This document shows, in pieces, positions 1 to 11,350 of a stretch of 64,000 bases of DNA; position 1 is the stretch's first letter; every line of letters starts with the position of its first letter. The notes under the pieces are model-generated. The model made no database searches and had not been told where the DNA came from. It was given only the letters and a program-made list of their open reading frames with translations. The position numbers and the translations under genes are program-made. The stretch spans positions 57,722,001-57,786,000 of the forward strand of contig CM097883.1 of assembly GCA_044892505.1 (NCBI GenBank), read 5' to 3'. Source of the DNA: Schmidtea nova. Taxonomy: Eukaryota.

Positions 1-135
1 ATATATGCTAATTATATCACTAATATTAACAACAATAACAACAATCTTAATAATTATAATACAATTAATCAAAATACTCTAAATAATAATAATAATAATA
101 ATCTACAAAATAATCTACAAAATAATAATCTACAA

Positions 136-167
<32 letters not shown>

Positions 168-371
168 AAATAATCAAAATACTCGAAATAATATACAAAA
201 TAATATTAATAATAATACAAATAATCAAAATAATCTACAAAATAATATTAATAATAATAAAATAAATACATCTAATATAAATAAAAGAAAAAATACAACA
301 TTAACGGATTCAGTTCCTAAAAAACTGATCATAATCGACATCAGCGATGATGAAGATGAAAATAATATTTC

Positions 372-409
<38 letters not shown>

Positions 410-417
410 TTAATAAT

Positions 418-449
<32 letters not shown>

Positions 450-729
450 ATCCCTCATCAGTGATGATGAGGATGATCTTATTTATAATAAAAGTAGTAA
501 TATCGATATTATATCCGCCGATGACATAATCGTCAATGATGATGAATTTGACGATTATGTTAATATTATAAATAATAATAATAATAATAATAATAATCAA
601 ATTGGAATGGGTATTGTTGAAGTTACTTCCGACTTGAACGATACCCATTTTATTATAAAAATGGACGTATCTAATTTATTATTAAAAACGGTCTCTGTGC
701 CGGATATATTGATAGATAAATTAAAATAA
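1..729 (+). CDS. Asn-rich N-terminal extension of the pPolB frame, ended by one in-frame TAA (727-729)
   Basis: Manual translation of frame 1 is open from 1 to 726 (IYANYITNINNNN...LTDSVPKKLIIIDISDDEDE...DKLK*), in the same frame as pPolB. The start lies outside the window. Confidence 0.7.
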
Positions 730-3700
730 TATATTATTAATTTAAAATCAGTTAAAATTCAATTTTGTCTCAAGGTAGAATTTGAGAAAGATGATCAATT
801 ACAATCTTTTGTCATCTCAAATTCTGCCAGAGAGTGGAGTGATACATTTATTGAGGAAGGTATCACTAATTTAAATGAGAAGATTGTCCAGATTAACGAA
901 AAGGGGAGTAATTGGACAATCTCCAAAATAGAATATATTAGTTTTTTAGTGACTAAATTTTCAGAAATTAGTCGATTGAGCGGCAGCAGTTATATCGAAA
1001 CGCCGAATACTTTAAAAAATTTAAGTTGCCTTGTTAATGTTCAAAATAACGACACCTATTGCTTTCTTTACAGTTTCTTGGCAGTAGTTAAATATAATAG
1101 TATTGAACGCCAATACAGGCATAGGACTACTTCTTATGATCTTTCCCAACTTGTTTTTGACCCCACCGACATGCCCATAAAATTAGTTAACATAAAGAAA
1201 TTTGAGAGACAAAACAGTGGCTATAGTATAAATGTCCTTACATATGACGAAAAGGCCCAAATAGATGTAAGCGAAAATGACAATGATGATAATGTCGTCC
1301 TTAAACACCCCTTTATAGATATAGTCTACCGTAGTAAAGTAGTCGGGGCTATTCCCATAAATTTGCTTCTTTTGGAGAAAAAAGATAATTTTCATTATCT
1401 TGCGATTACCGACCTGAATCGCTTTTTGAATTGTAGAAATAGTGCCATCACCCCAGTTAGGATTTGCAGTCAATGGTGCCCTCGTTGCTTGAATGGGTTT
1501 AGGAACGACGAAGCCTTTAATCGTCATAAGGGTCTTTGTACCAAAAATCAGTTGGGTACTACACTGTACACCTTACCCAAAAATAAATTTTTAGAGTTTA
1601 CTGATTGGAAGAAAACAGTAACTCCTCCTTTCGTAATATATGCAGATTTCGAGGCAATATTACCTAAAGATACTGTTCACCACCAAAAACATCTTCCTAT
1701 TGCCGCAGGTCTCCTTCTCATTAACAACTTTACTGGGGTCAGAATATACAAATCTTTTGTAGGGCTAGACTGTGTTGATCAATTCTTAAGAGAAATTGAG
1801 TCAATCAGTCGGTATATAGTCACACCTTATTATTATAAAAATTATCAAAAACGCATGACCATCACTGCGACCCAACAGCGACAATTTGATAATAGCACTA
1901 ATTGCTATTTATGCAAAAAACTTTTAGTGGCACCGGTTAGGGATCATGACCATTTCACCGGTCTTTATATTGGAGCAGCCTGCTCAGAGTGTAACAAGTC
2001 CCGGCAAATACGCCACTCTTTGCCTGTAATCTTTCATAACTTGAAGGGTTACGATTTGCACCATATTTTAAAATATGGTCTTTCCAAATACAACAGTTGG
2101 AATATTAGTTGTATTCCCTTGACAAGCGAAAAGTTTTTAAGTCTTTTCGCGTACATCGATAGCTTAACGGTCAAGTTTATCGACTCTTACCAGTTTGTAA
2201 GTGAATCATTGAACAATGCAGTAAAAACCCTTACTAACTTACCTTTGACAAACTCGGAATTTCGAGGCACTATAGTCACTGCCAAGGGCATTTTTCCTTA
2301 CGACGCTGCCACTTCTTTAGAAGTTTTAAAATCGACCTTGTCATTACCACCTAAATGGAAAGATATAACTGCTGTCGAGTATGCTGCTGCCCATAAAATC
2401 TGGCAAGAAACCTCATGTACATCACTGTACGATTACATGATGGTTTATTTAAAATTGGACGTTTTTTTATTAGCAGATTATTTCCAACAATTTCGGGTAA
2501 AATCTATTATCCATAACAGGCTTGAGCCTTTAAATTTTCTCGGAATTCCCGGCATGTCGTGGAGTTCCGCTTTATTAACTCTTGACTCTCCTATCGAGCT
2601 CCTCACCGATATGGAGATGTATAACTTTTTCGAGGGCGGTATTCGCGGCGGACTAACGTTTGTCAATAAACATTATGTCAAGACGAGCCCGGATACCGCA
2701 TTACTATATATTGACATTAATAATTTATATGGGTGGGCCTTAAGCCAACCCCTGCCTTGTGGTAATTTTGAGTGGGTCACTGATGACCAATTATTAAATA
2801 ACATCGTTTGTGAGTGCACATCGGAAAATCTCGATACACTTCATTATGGTTACACCATAGAAGTGGATTTGGAAATTCCGGCATCGATTCACGACAAACT
2901 GGATGACCTTCCAGTTGCCGCTGAAAAGATGTGTGCACCGGGATCCAAGGTTGAGAAGCTGTTGCTAACGCATCTTCCAAAGAAGAATTATGTTCTTCAT
3001 TGGCGGCTTCTGCAACTATTTATTAAAATTGGTGTGAAGGTAACGCACATACATCGCGCTATTAAATTTACACAAGAGAAAATATTTTTTAATTATATAA
3101 AAATAAACACAGACTTACGAGCTGCATCTACAAATAAGCTCGATAAGAACTTTTATAAATTATTAAATAATAGTCTCTACGGAAAAACCGTAGAGAATTT
3201 AAAAAAAAGAATAAATTTACGACTGTGTAACTCGGCACAAAAACTGCTGACTTACACGTCAAAAGCTAATTTTAAAAAAACAAACAAAATAGACAATGAC
3301 CTCATCTCCGTATTGCTTCAGAAGGAATCAGTATGTTTGGATAGACCCAGCTACATTGGACAAACCGTACTGGATTTATCCAAACTTCGTATGTACCAGC
3401 TGCAGTATGAAGAGTTACAAAAATATCGTAACGACTTCAACTGCGAAATTAACATCGTTGCTGGGGATACTGATTCCTTCTTCTTGGAAATCAAACATAT
3501 TGACCTTAACACTCTTTTGACCGCAATGATTGACGATAGGCTTTTGGATACCTCTAATTATGACACTCATCATGCATTGTATAGTAGGTCCCTTGATTCT
3601 GTGATTGGCAAATTTAAGGATGAGAATAAGGGTCTACTGTATGATGAGTGGGTTTTCTTAAGACCTAAGTGCTATAGTCTTATGGGAGACGAGGCCTGCA

Positions 3701-3967
3701 TGAAAGCCAAGGGTATCTGTTTGAAAGATGCAGGTCTCACACACCAGTCTTACCTTGACTGTTTTTTAAACGATAAAATATATAATGTCCCCCAGTTCCG
3801 CATTACGAGCAAAAATCACCAGCTCTTTAGTATAAAAAGCAATAAGAGAGCCTTATCTTGTAGGGACGATAAGAGGAACTGGGTGGAAAAAAATAAAAGT
3901 TTGGCGTATGGCCACTATATGGGGGGTGACACCACTATATTTGTAGGTGATCGGGATGTCCAAGAGC

Positions 3968-4005
<38 letters not shown>

Positions 4006-4065
4006 GGTCCGGCTGATGACCCCTACGAGTTTTATGACCCGACGGCTCGGGATTATTTCGGATGA
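730..4065 (+). CDS. Protein-primed family B DNA polymerase (Polinton/adintovirus type) with OTU-like and endonuclease VII-like inserts
   Basis: Motifs: Exo I IYADFEA, Exo II FHNLKGYD, Exo III YLKLDVFLLADYF, Pol A LYIDINNLYG, Pol B KLLNNSLYGK, Pol C GDTDS, plus RPKCY and KAKG. Also an EndoVII-like CYLC...DHDHFTG...CSECN, an OTU-like DTYCFLYS...FHYLAI and a terminal-protein-like GSNW. The frame is open from 730, upstream of the ORF-track start at 949. Confidence 0.95.
3967..4005 (+). repeat. (CAA)13 encoding a C-terminal polyQ tract of pPolB
   Basis: Directly visible; translates Q13. Confidence 0.95.
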
Positions 4066-5059
4066 TGGAAAGATTGATGATGACAAGGACGATAAAGATG
4101 AAAAAAAAAAATAAATAAATAAATAAAAACCGAAAAGAATAAACAGAAAAGAAAAAAAAAAGATATGAGAACGCACAATCGGCCCTCTTCAGGGCCACAA
4201 TTGGTGATTGTAAACATATATATATAAATTAGATACAAGAAAACAGAAAAGAAATAATGAAAATTTGAAAATGAAACATAAATGAAATAATGAGATTTAA
4301 AAAACAGAAACAGAAAAGGATTCAGAATCAGATTGTGAAAGAATTAACTGTCCTCTTTAGGGCCAATACATTTTGATTGTAATAAATTGCGCAATCAATT
4401 AAAACTAATGAATTATTTTTTTTTTGTTATTTTTTTTATATGTTATTATTTTTACTTTTTTTTTATAAGTTCTTTTTATAAGTTATTTTTATNNNNNNNN
4501 NNNNNNNNNNNNNNNNNNNNNNNNNNNNNNNNNNNNNNNNNNNNNNNNNNNNNNNNNNNNNNNNNNNNNNNNNNNNNNNNNNNNNNNNNNNNNNNNNNNN
4601 NNNNNNNNNNNNNNNNNNNNNNNNNNNNNNNNNNNNNNNNNNNNNNNNNNNNNNNNNNNNNNNNNNNNNNNNNNNNNNNNNNNNNNNNNNNNNNNNNNNN
4701 NNNNNNNNNNNNNNNNNNNNNNNNNNNNNNNNNNNNNNNNNNNNNNNNNNNNNNNNNNNNNNNNNNNNNNNNNNNNNNNNNNNNNNNNNNNNNNNNNNNN
4801 NNNNNNNNNNNNNNNNNNNNNNNNNNNNNNNNNNNNNNNNNNNNNNNNNNNNNNNNNNNNNNNNNNNNNNNNNNNNNNNNNNNNNNNNNNNNNNNNNNNN
4901 NNNNNNNNNNNNNNNNNAGTAATTATAGTTATTATTACGAGTATTTATTGTTATTATTATTATCATTATTATTAATATAATTATTATTATTATTATTTTG
5001 ATTATTACTATTATTAATATGTACACGTACACAACGATATATTTATAAATAAATTTTGG

Positions 5060-5240
5060 CTTTTTAATGTCTTTGTTTATGTTGCACATGTGTTGCACGC
5101 ATGTGTCTTTGTTTAGTTTGCATGTGTATTGCAATGTCTTTGTTCATGTTGCACGCGTGTTGCAAAGTCCTTGCACGTGTGTTGCAATGTCTTTGTTAAC
5201 TTGCACGCATGTTGCAAAGTCTTTGTTTAGTTTGACAGAT
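5060..5240. repeat. Maverick subterminal repeat with GTCTTTGTT cores and TTGCA motifs
   Basis: Five GTCTTTGTT copies at ~30-50 bp spacing; further copies near 5415, 6232 and 6270. A homologous block lies at 51290-51450. Confidence 0.8.
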
Positions 5241-5559
5241 AATAATAATAATTAAACAACAACATTAGTAGCAGAACATTTAGTATCAGAACCCTGGAAG
5301 CAGAACATTCCGAGCAGAACCCTGGAAGCAGAACCTCTTCTGTGATGGTTTTTAAGTGCAAAAGCTTCATACTTGACAAATAATAATTAATTAAAAATGC
5401 ACACATATAAAAATGTCTTTGTTTAGTTTGCACACCTGTTGTAAATATTTTTGATGACTCTAATTTTGTCTTATAAAAAAAAATTGACTAAAAGAAATTG
5501 GTGTGTTAAAAAATTTGTGTTAAAAAATTTATGTTAAAAAATTTGTGTTAAAAAATTTG

Positions 5560-6118
5560 TGGTAAAAAAATTTTCTAAAAAAAAAAATTTGGTGTGAAAA
5601 AAATTTTTGAAAAAAAAAAAAAATTTGGCGCGAAAAAAAATTTTGAAAAAAAAAAATTTGGCGCGAAAAAATTTTTAAAAAAAAAAATTTGGCGCGAAAA
5701 AAATTTTTAAAAAAAAAAAAATTTTGTCGCAAAAAAAATTTTTGAAAAAAAAAATTTGGCGCGAAAAAATTTTTGAAAAAAAAAATTGGTAGCAAAAAAA
5801 AATTTTTGAAAAAAAAAAAATTTGGCGCAAAAAAAAATTTTTGAAAAAAAAAAATTTGGCGCGAAAAAATTTTTGAAAAAAAAAATTTGGCGCGAAAAAA
5901 ATTTTTGAAAAAAAAAAATTTGTCGCAAAAAAAATTTTTGAAAAAAAAAAATTTGGCGCGAAAAAATTTTTGAAAAGAAAAATTTGGCGCGAAAAAAATT
6001 TTTGAAAAAAAAAAAATTTGGCCCAAAAAAAATTTTTGAAAAAAAAAAATTTGGCCAGAAAAAAATTATTGAAAAAAAAAATTTGGCGCGAAAAAAAATT
6101 TTGAAAAAAAAAATTTTT
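5560..6118. repeat. ~31-34 bp tandem array (T-tract, G, A-tract, TTTGGCGCGAAA)
   Basis: About 17 units. Nine carry a perfect TTTGGCGCGAAA (near 5624, 5657, 5688, 5755, 5855, 5886, 5952, 5983, 6082); the rest are variants (GGTGTG, TGTCGC, GGCGCA, GGCCCA, etc.). Confidence 0.95.
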
Positions 6119-6193
6119 ATGACTCATCGATGACTCATCAAAAAAAAATTATGACTCATCGATGACTCATCGATGACTCATCGATGACTCATC
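6119..6193. promoter_or_regulatory. Cluster of six TGACTCA (AP-1 consensus) motifs in 11-bp ATGACTCATCG units
   Basis: TGACTCA at 6120, 6131, 6152, 6163, 6174 and 6185, plus TGAGTCA near 6259. Function is inferred from the motif only. Confidence 0.6.
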
Positions 6194-6895
6194 AAAAAAA
6201 AATTTTCTACCCCCCCCCGGGGGGGAGGGGGTCTTTGTTCTTTTTTTCCGCCCACGCATGAGTCATAATGTCTTTGTTCCCGGCTCCACACATCTACCTA
6301 CTGTGATTGTACATTCCGAGAAATAAGACGTCTGTCGTCGAGTTTGTGTCTGATACTGAGTGGTATATTGAAATTCATTTATAATTTTTATGTATATTTT
6401 GTATTTAAATTTTTTTGTCATTTTTTTGTGTTAATGTTTGTCTGTTTTTTATTATTTCATGAAAATGAAAGTGTGATGAATAATAAAGATTGTTATTTTT
6501 TTTATGTAGTATGTGTTTAAATGTATAAAAGATGTTAGCGAATACGGCACAATAAAATTTTAAAAAATATATTAGTTAGCGCTTTTCAGAGTTCTTACGA
6601 ATTTTATTTATAAAATATACTTTACGATGCTCAATATATATGTTATCAAAACAAAATTTGCTCATGTGGAAACTGGTATAATTATCGATAGTCAATGTAA
6701 AATCTACAATTTTGAAAAAACTATATATGTTAAGAACAGAATAGATTTGTCGTTCGCCAAACTATCTGCTTTTTATACATTTCAAATATATTTTTATAAA
6801 AGTGCGTTTGTAAGTGCGTTTTGTAAGTGCGTTTGTAAAAAGAGTTTGTAATATTACAACAAAATTTTAATAATAAAATTTTATATAATAATAGT

Positions 6896-7405
6896 AATGA
6901 AGCAAATTTTACAATTTTTATCAACGTTGGTGATGTTAATTTAAATATCATTCCTAATGATACGTGTTTATGGATTTTACCCGGAACTTTGACCGTAATC
7001 AGTGTTCCTGAACCAATTGAGATTTTGGAACAATTCCCTAACATAACATTTCAACCTTCCGATTATTTAACTCTAACAAATATAAGAAAAGGATTTCTCT
7101 CAACTGATAAAAAAGATGATTATTGTACCATTTGCGATGATGATAATAATAAATACTTATCAGTAAAATCATGCTATGTTGCGACAACTCCCCAGGATCT
7201 GTCTCAATTGAAATTATCCCCGGAAAGAATAATATTTATATACAGACATTCTATTTTTATAAACCGTATGGTCTTATTCAATAATAAATATTCCAAAACG
7301 CTCAAATTTACCTCATTAGAATTAATAAACAATGGCATTAAAGTGACAGGAAACTATAATATTGATAAAAATCTCTTACAACGTACGTTCCTTGGAGCCA
7401 AATAA
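6896..7405 (+). CDS. Unidentified coding-like frame (~170 codons, no clear ATG)
   Basis: The frame of track ORF 6989..7405 is open upstream (NEANFTIFINVGDVNLNIIPNDTCLWILPG...) and has normal amino-acid complexity. No family recognised. Confidence 0.3.
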   Translation, partial: NEANFTIFINVGDVNLNIIPNDTCLWILPGTLTVISVPEPIEILEQFPNITFQPSDYLTLTNIRKGFLSTDKKDDYCTICDDDNNKYLSVKSCYVATTPQDLSQLKLSPERIIFIYRHSIFINRMVLFNNKYSKTLKFTSLELINNGIKVTGNYNIDKNLLQRTFLGAK

Positions 7406-7499
7406 ATACAATGTTCTGTGTATTCTAAAAATAAATATTTCCAAATATAGTCCGGTAGTTCAAATTCAAAATGAAAGTTCAATTCATAGTTTGTCAAAT

Positions 7500-7690
7500 C
7501 ACCAAAAGTCCGTCGTTAATTTATCGAAATATAACGGATCACCTGGACACGACGAAGTACTATTAAATTTATTTATAAAATTACATAAAATTAAAACCCG
7601 GGAAATAAAAATAAAATTGATGAATCGGCAACCACACCAAAAATCAGAATACCTTGGTGTGATTTTCGGTTCATCAAACAAATCTCAAGA
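7500..7690 (+). pseudogene. Possible deleted non-LTR reverse transcriptase fragment
   Basis: KYNGSPGHDEVLLNLF resembles the K-PG-DGI motif; KSEYLGVIF resembles the RT YLG motif. The core between them is missing. Confidence 0.35.
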
Positions 7691-9009
7691 AATTTTTCAC
7701 CTTTTGAAATTGTATATGGTCGGAAGATTAATTTAAATTCTAGATTAGGACATATACAAAAAAGAAAACAATAATTAATCTAGAGAAAGCAGCTACAAAA
7801 TGAATGGTTGAAGAGATGTAAAGAAAATGAAGAGGAGAAGATTGATGTTCAATAAGTAATGCATATTAAAATTTTGATGTAATATTACAAACTGTTTTTA
7901 CAAACGCACTTACAAACGCACTTTTATAAAAATATATTTTGGTTGTTATTAAGAATNNNNNNNNNNNNNNNNNNNNNNNNNNNNNNNNNNNNNNNNNNNN
8001 NNNNNNNNNNNNNNNNNNNNNNNNNNNNNNNNNNNNNNNNNNNNNNNNNNNNNNNNNNNNNNNNNNNNNNNNNNNNNNNNNNNNTGTCTAAAGGAAACAA
8101 AAATAAAGTAAAGTGCAAAGAAAACTAAGTCCAAATGAATAAAATCACAAATTCAAAAAACATCAAATAAAGTGTAAAATTTATTATTTTCGATAAGAAA
8201 CTGTTGGGAGCGGATGCCAAATAATGAGATAAATTCACATATAATAAAGTAAAATCAAAGGGGGGACCTAGAAATAAATATTAAGAAAATACTAACAAAT
8301 TAAAAATTAATTACCTAATGGAAAACCTGAGCTAATGAGAAAACCTAGCGAATGGAAAACCCGTGCAGTATTAAAAAGTCTGTGTTATCAACAAAATTAT
8401 TAAATTACGTAGAGGAAATCAGAGAAACAAATTAACTTAGAAAAATAGCTCAGAGAAAAGCGGAAAAATTACAAATCAAACTAGTTATCAAATCAAAATT
8501 GTAAAAAGAAACAATAAGAAAGCATTAAAAGAAGGAAACAAAATTTCAATCTTGTCAGTTAGCCGAAGATAAAGTTTCATAGTGACTCAGTTAATTCAAA
8601 AAGGTTAATAAGAGTAAAACGAATAAAGCAGAAAATTTCAGACAAATCAAATTATAATTGCATACCAAAAATGCGATCTTTATTTGGGTAGACTTATCCC
8701 TAATGCAAGCAAAGTACAGATAAAGAAAAGGTTATATTGATAATCCTAAATTTTGCGTTGAACTCAAATAAAAATTATTCTGTTGAATATTATTGATTTT
8801 GGAAATAAGAACACGAGAAGTCAGAGAATAATACAGAGAATAATACAGAGAATAATAATTAAAAAACCAAAAAAACGTAAAATAACTTTGTTCTAAAATT
8901 ATTATTTCTGTGGAAGTCTAAGGACTTTTGAGCTTTAACACGTAGATTAACATCAGCAGTTATTTGCGGATAGTTGATAAGATTTAAAATTTTAAATGGG
9001 TTAAAACTT

Positions 9010-9410
9010 TTTTGTTCGTGGTTCAATGAGCTGGAAAGGAGAGGGCAATATGAATCCCACAATGTACACCAACATTTTTAAGATGAATTTACGGTTCTCC
9101 AATAAGAAATCAAGAACGGAAAATGTTTTTTTTTCAACAAGACAACGACCAAAAACATACAACTGAAAAAACAAAAGAAAGAAAATCTCAACGATGTCCT
9201 TGAATGGACTACTCAGAGCATAGACTTACTCCTAATAGAACAGTTATCGTATATTTCGCATCTTAAGTTTCAAGAAAGACCTCTTCAGCGTATGGATGAT
9301 TTGAAAGAGTATGTTAAAAACATTTTGGATAAAATCAGTACTGAAGAGACATAAAGGCTAGTCAATTCTATACCAAATCGGCCACGTCAAATCAATTATT
9401 GCATATCAGA
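9010..9410 (+). pseudogene. Degenerate Tc1-family transposase relic
   Basis: Fragments FFQQDNDQKHT, LEWTTQSIDLLLIE and RLVNSIPNR match Tc1 QQDNDPKH, WPSQSPDLNPIE and LV-SMP-R. Confidence 0.7.
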
Positions 9411-10695
9411 AAGGGGAATCTTTCGACTTACTTTACATATTTAAGTGCTATTGACAATTGTATATCTTGTGTTGAACTCAAATAAATGTTATTGTGTTGG
9501 AAGGCGCCAGAAATCTATACAGATTTAAAAAATAAACGCAACACTATTTGACAGGAAAGTGGAATTATTAACATATGAATTATTACCATTTGCACACATA
9601 AAAACCTTTTTATTATTTCGCAGCACACTTAAAACTTGCGTGCCGCGGCACTTTCCGAGAAGCACTGATGTATGTAATACACTGCCAATTTAAGATATCT
9701 AAATTTTAAATAATACAAAATATTACGCTGATTTTATGAATGATTTTTATGGCTTTCTAACGGATGTTTTTTTTATATTATCATTAAAATATTAAATAAT
9801 CTTCACATTCAATCTTTTTTTCGTTTCAATATTACAGAAAATAAATGAGAAAAAATTGTGACGAATACAAAAACATAATTATTTTTAAGCCATTGGCTGA
9901 AAAAATGAAAATAAATTAAATCAATAAATGTTATTTTTATTCGATTTTCAATGAAGTGGGGCTCTATCTAAACTTGACTGTATATGGAAAGAATATTTAA
10001 ATATATTTTTTATACATTTTAAATTATGTTAATTCAGGAAATAATTAGATTTTTATATAAATACATAAAGATTTTAATGAATTAATTTTAATGGAAAAAA
10101 GTAGCATTTAAAATGATAATTTTTATCAGAATTCAATATAATCACATTGCAAATCTTAGATGTAATATTTATATTTCCATTTTTAAACATATTTTTTTAA
10201 TTAATTAAACAAAAATTTAAGCTTTTACTTAATCAAGTTGTCTAACACAAGAATTAGCTGATTGTTTTAAAAAGGCATTACAACTTTATATAAAATTAAT
10301 TTTTTAATTAAAATAATTTTTCATTTTGTTATTGTAGAATTTTTCTGACATTGTAAAATATTTGTTGATCCAGGGGATACCAAACGAAATTTGTTCGATT
10401 TCTGGGAAATGATGTTTTGTTAAATGTGTAATGCTTTTATTAAAANNNNNNNNNNNNNNNNNNNNNNNNNNNNNNNNNNNNNNNNNNNNNNNNNNNNNNN
10501 NNNNNNNNNNNNNNNNNNNNNNNNNNNNNNNNNNNNNNNNNNNNNNNNNNNNNNNNNNNNNNNNNNNNNNNNNNNNNNNNNNNNTTAAATAAACAATAGC
10601 ACTTGCACAATTTCGAATCAAAGAGAAAACGCAAAGCAAGATGAAGCTGAAGCAACAGAAGAAAAACTTAGCACAAATATAATTTTTAATCAATA

Positions 10696-10922
10696 AAATT
10701 TATAATCATAATTATCTTTTTTCACCTTTGATATTTTTTATTATTATTATCAATAATTCTCATAATGACTATAGATCAAAAAAATTTTTTTATAAACAAT
10801 AACAATATTTCGGCACAGCCTTTATCAAGTGTGATAAAGGCTGTGCCGAAATATTGTGTTATTGTTTATAAAAAAAATTTTGATCTTTAGTCAGCATTAT
10901 GAGAATTATTGATAATAATAAT
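10696..10922. repeat. Hairpin (fold-back) repeat family A
   Basis: Near-perfect ~180-bp palindrome centred on TTTATCAAGTGTGATAAAGG, with arms ...GACTATAGATC...AATATTTCGGCACAGCC, preceded by the leader TCATAATTATCTTTT...TCACCTTTGAT. Confidence 0.9.
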
Positions 10923-11350
10923 AAAATTAATATTATTATTAACTCCAGTTTTGTCATTTCAGTAATGAAATCAAATTATATTTCATCGATATTTTTTCTC
11001 ACTTTATTATTCTCTACAATTGGTGTCAGAACCTGTCAAACATTTAGTTATTTGAAAGATCTCACTAATTCTAGTCAGTTTCTATGTTATCAGCCAGATC
11101 CTTTCGTTTTATATTCCCTTCCGTTGGAACTCAGTTGGTCTCGTCGTCGAAATTCACCAATGAGTCATCACAAAGTTGAAAAGTTCGCAAAATTTACTGA
11201 AAATATCCAATATCCTTTAATAAATTCCACAGCCGAATCGAATTCCTTGTTTCGCTCAAATAAAATTAATCGATCAATTACTTTTGCAGAAACTGATGTA
11301 AAGAAATTCCCCCTTTTCTTGGAAAATGGGGTATTTCAAGCAAAGATTTA

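Larger units (their letters stand above)
1..6302 (+). mobile_element. Maverick/Polinton, right-hand portion (pPolB gene, subterminal repeats, terminus)
   Basis: Contains a protein-primed PolB. The subterminal repeat arrays end at ...CATCTACCTACT (reverse complement AGTAGGTAG), resembling the AGT-type Polinton terminus. A homologous terminus occurs at 52668. The left end is outside the window, so the TSD cannot be tested. Confidence 0.85.
6784..7939. mobile_element. Unit bounded by ~76-89 bp inverted repeats
   Basis: 6784-6872 (AAATATATTTTTATAAAAGTGCGTTTGTAAG...TTTTAATA) is the reverse complement of 7864-7939, apart from one extra internal 13-bp unit and a few substitutions. Confidence 0.7.

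Noticed and set aside
225-648. Leu/Ile-rich ORFs in other frames
   Set aside because: Shadows of the (AAT)n-rich pPolB frame.
4387-5134. Long ORFs containing X runs (also near 8, 10.5, 18.4, 19, 21.3, 24.7, 33, 46-47, 55, 61.3 and 63.7 kb)
   Set aside because: They span assembly gaps (N) and have no real coding support.
5529-6127. Phe/Lys-rich ORFs of 73-165 aa on the minus strand
   Set aside because: Translation artefacts of the A/T-tract tandem array.
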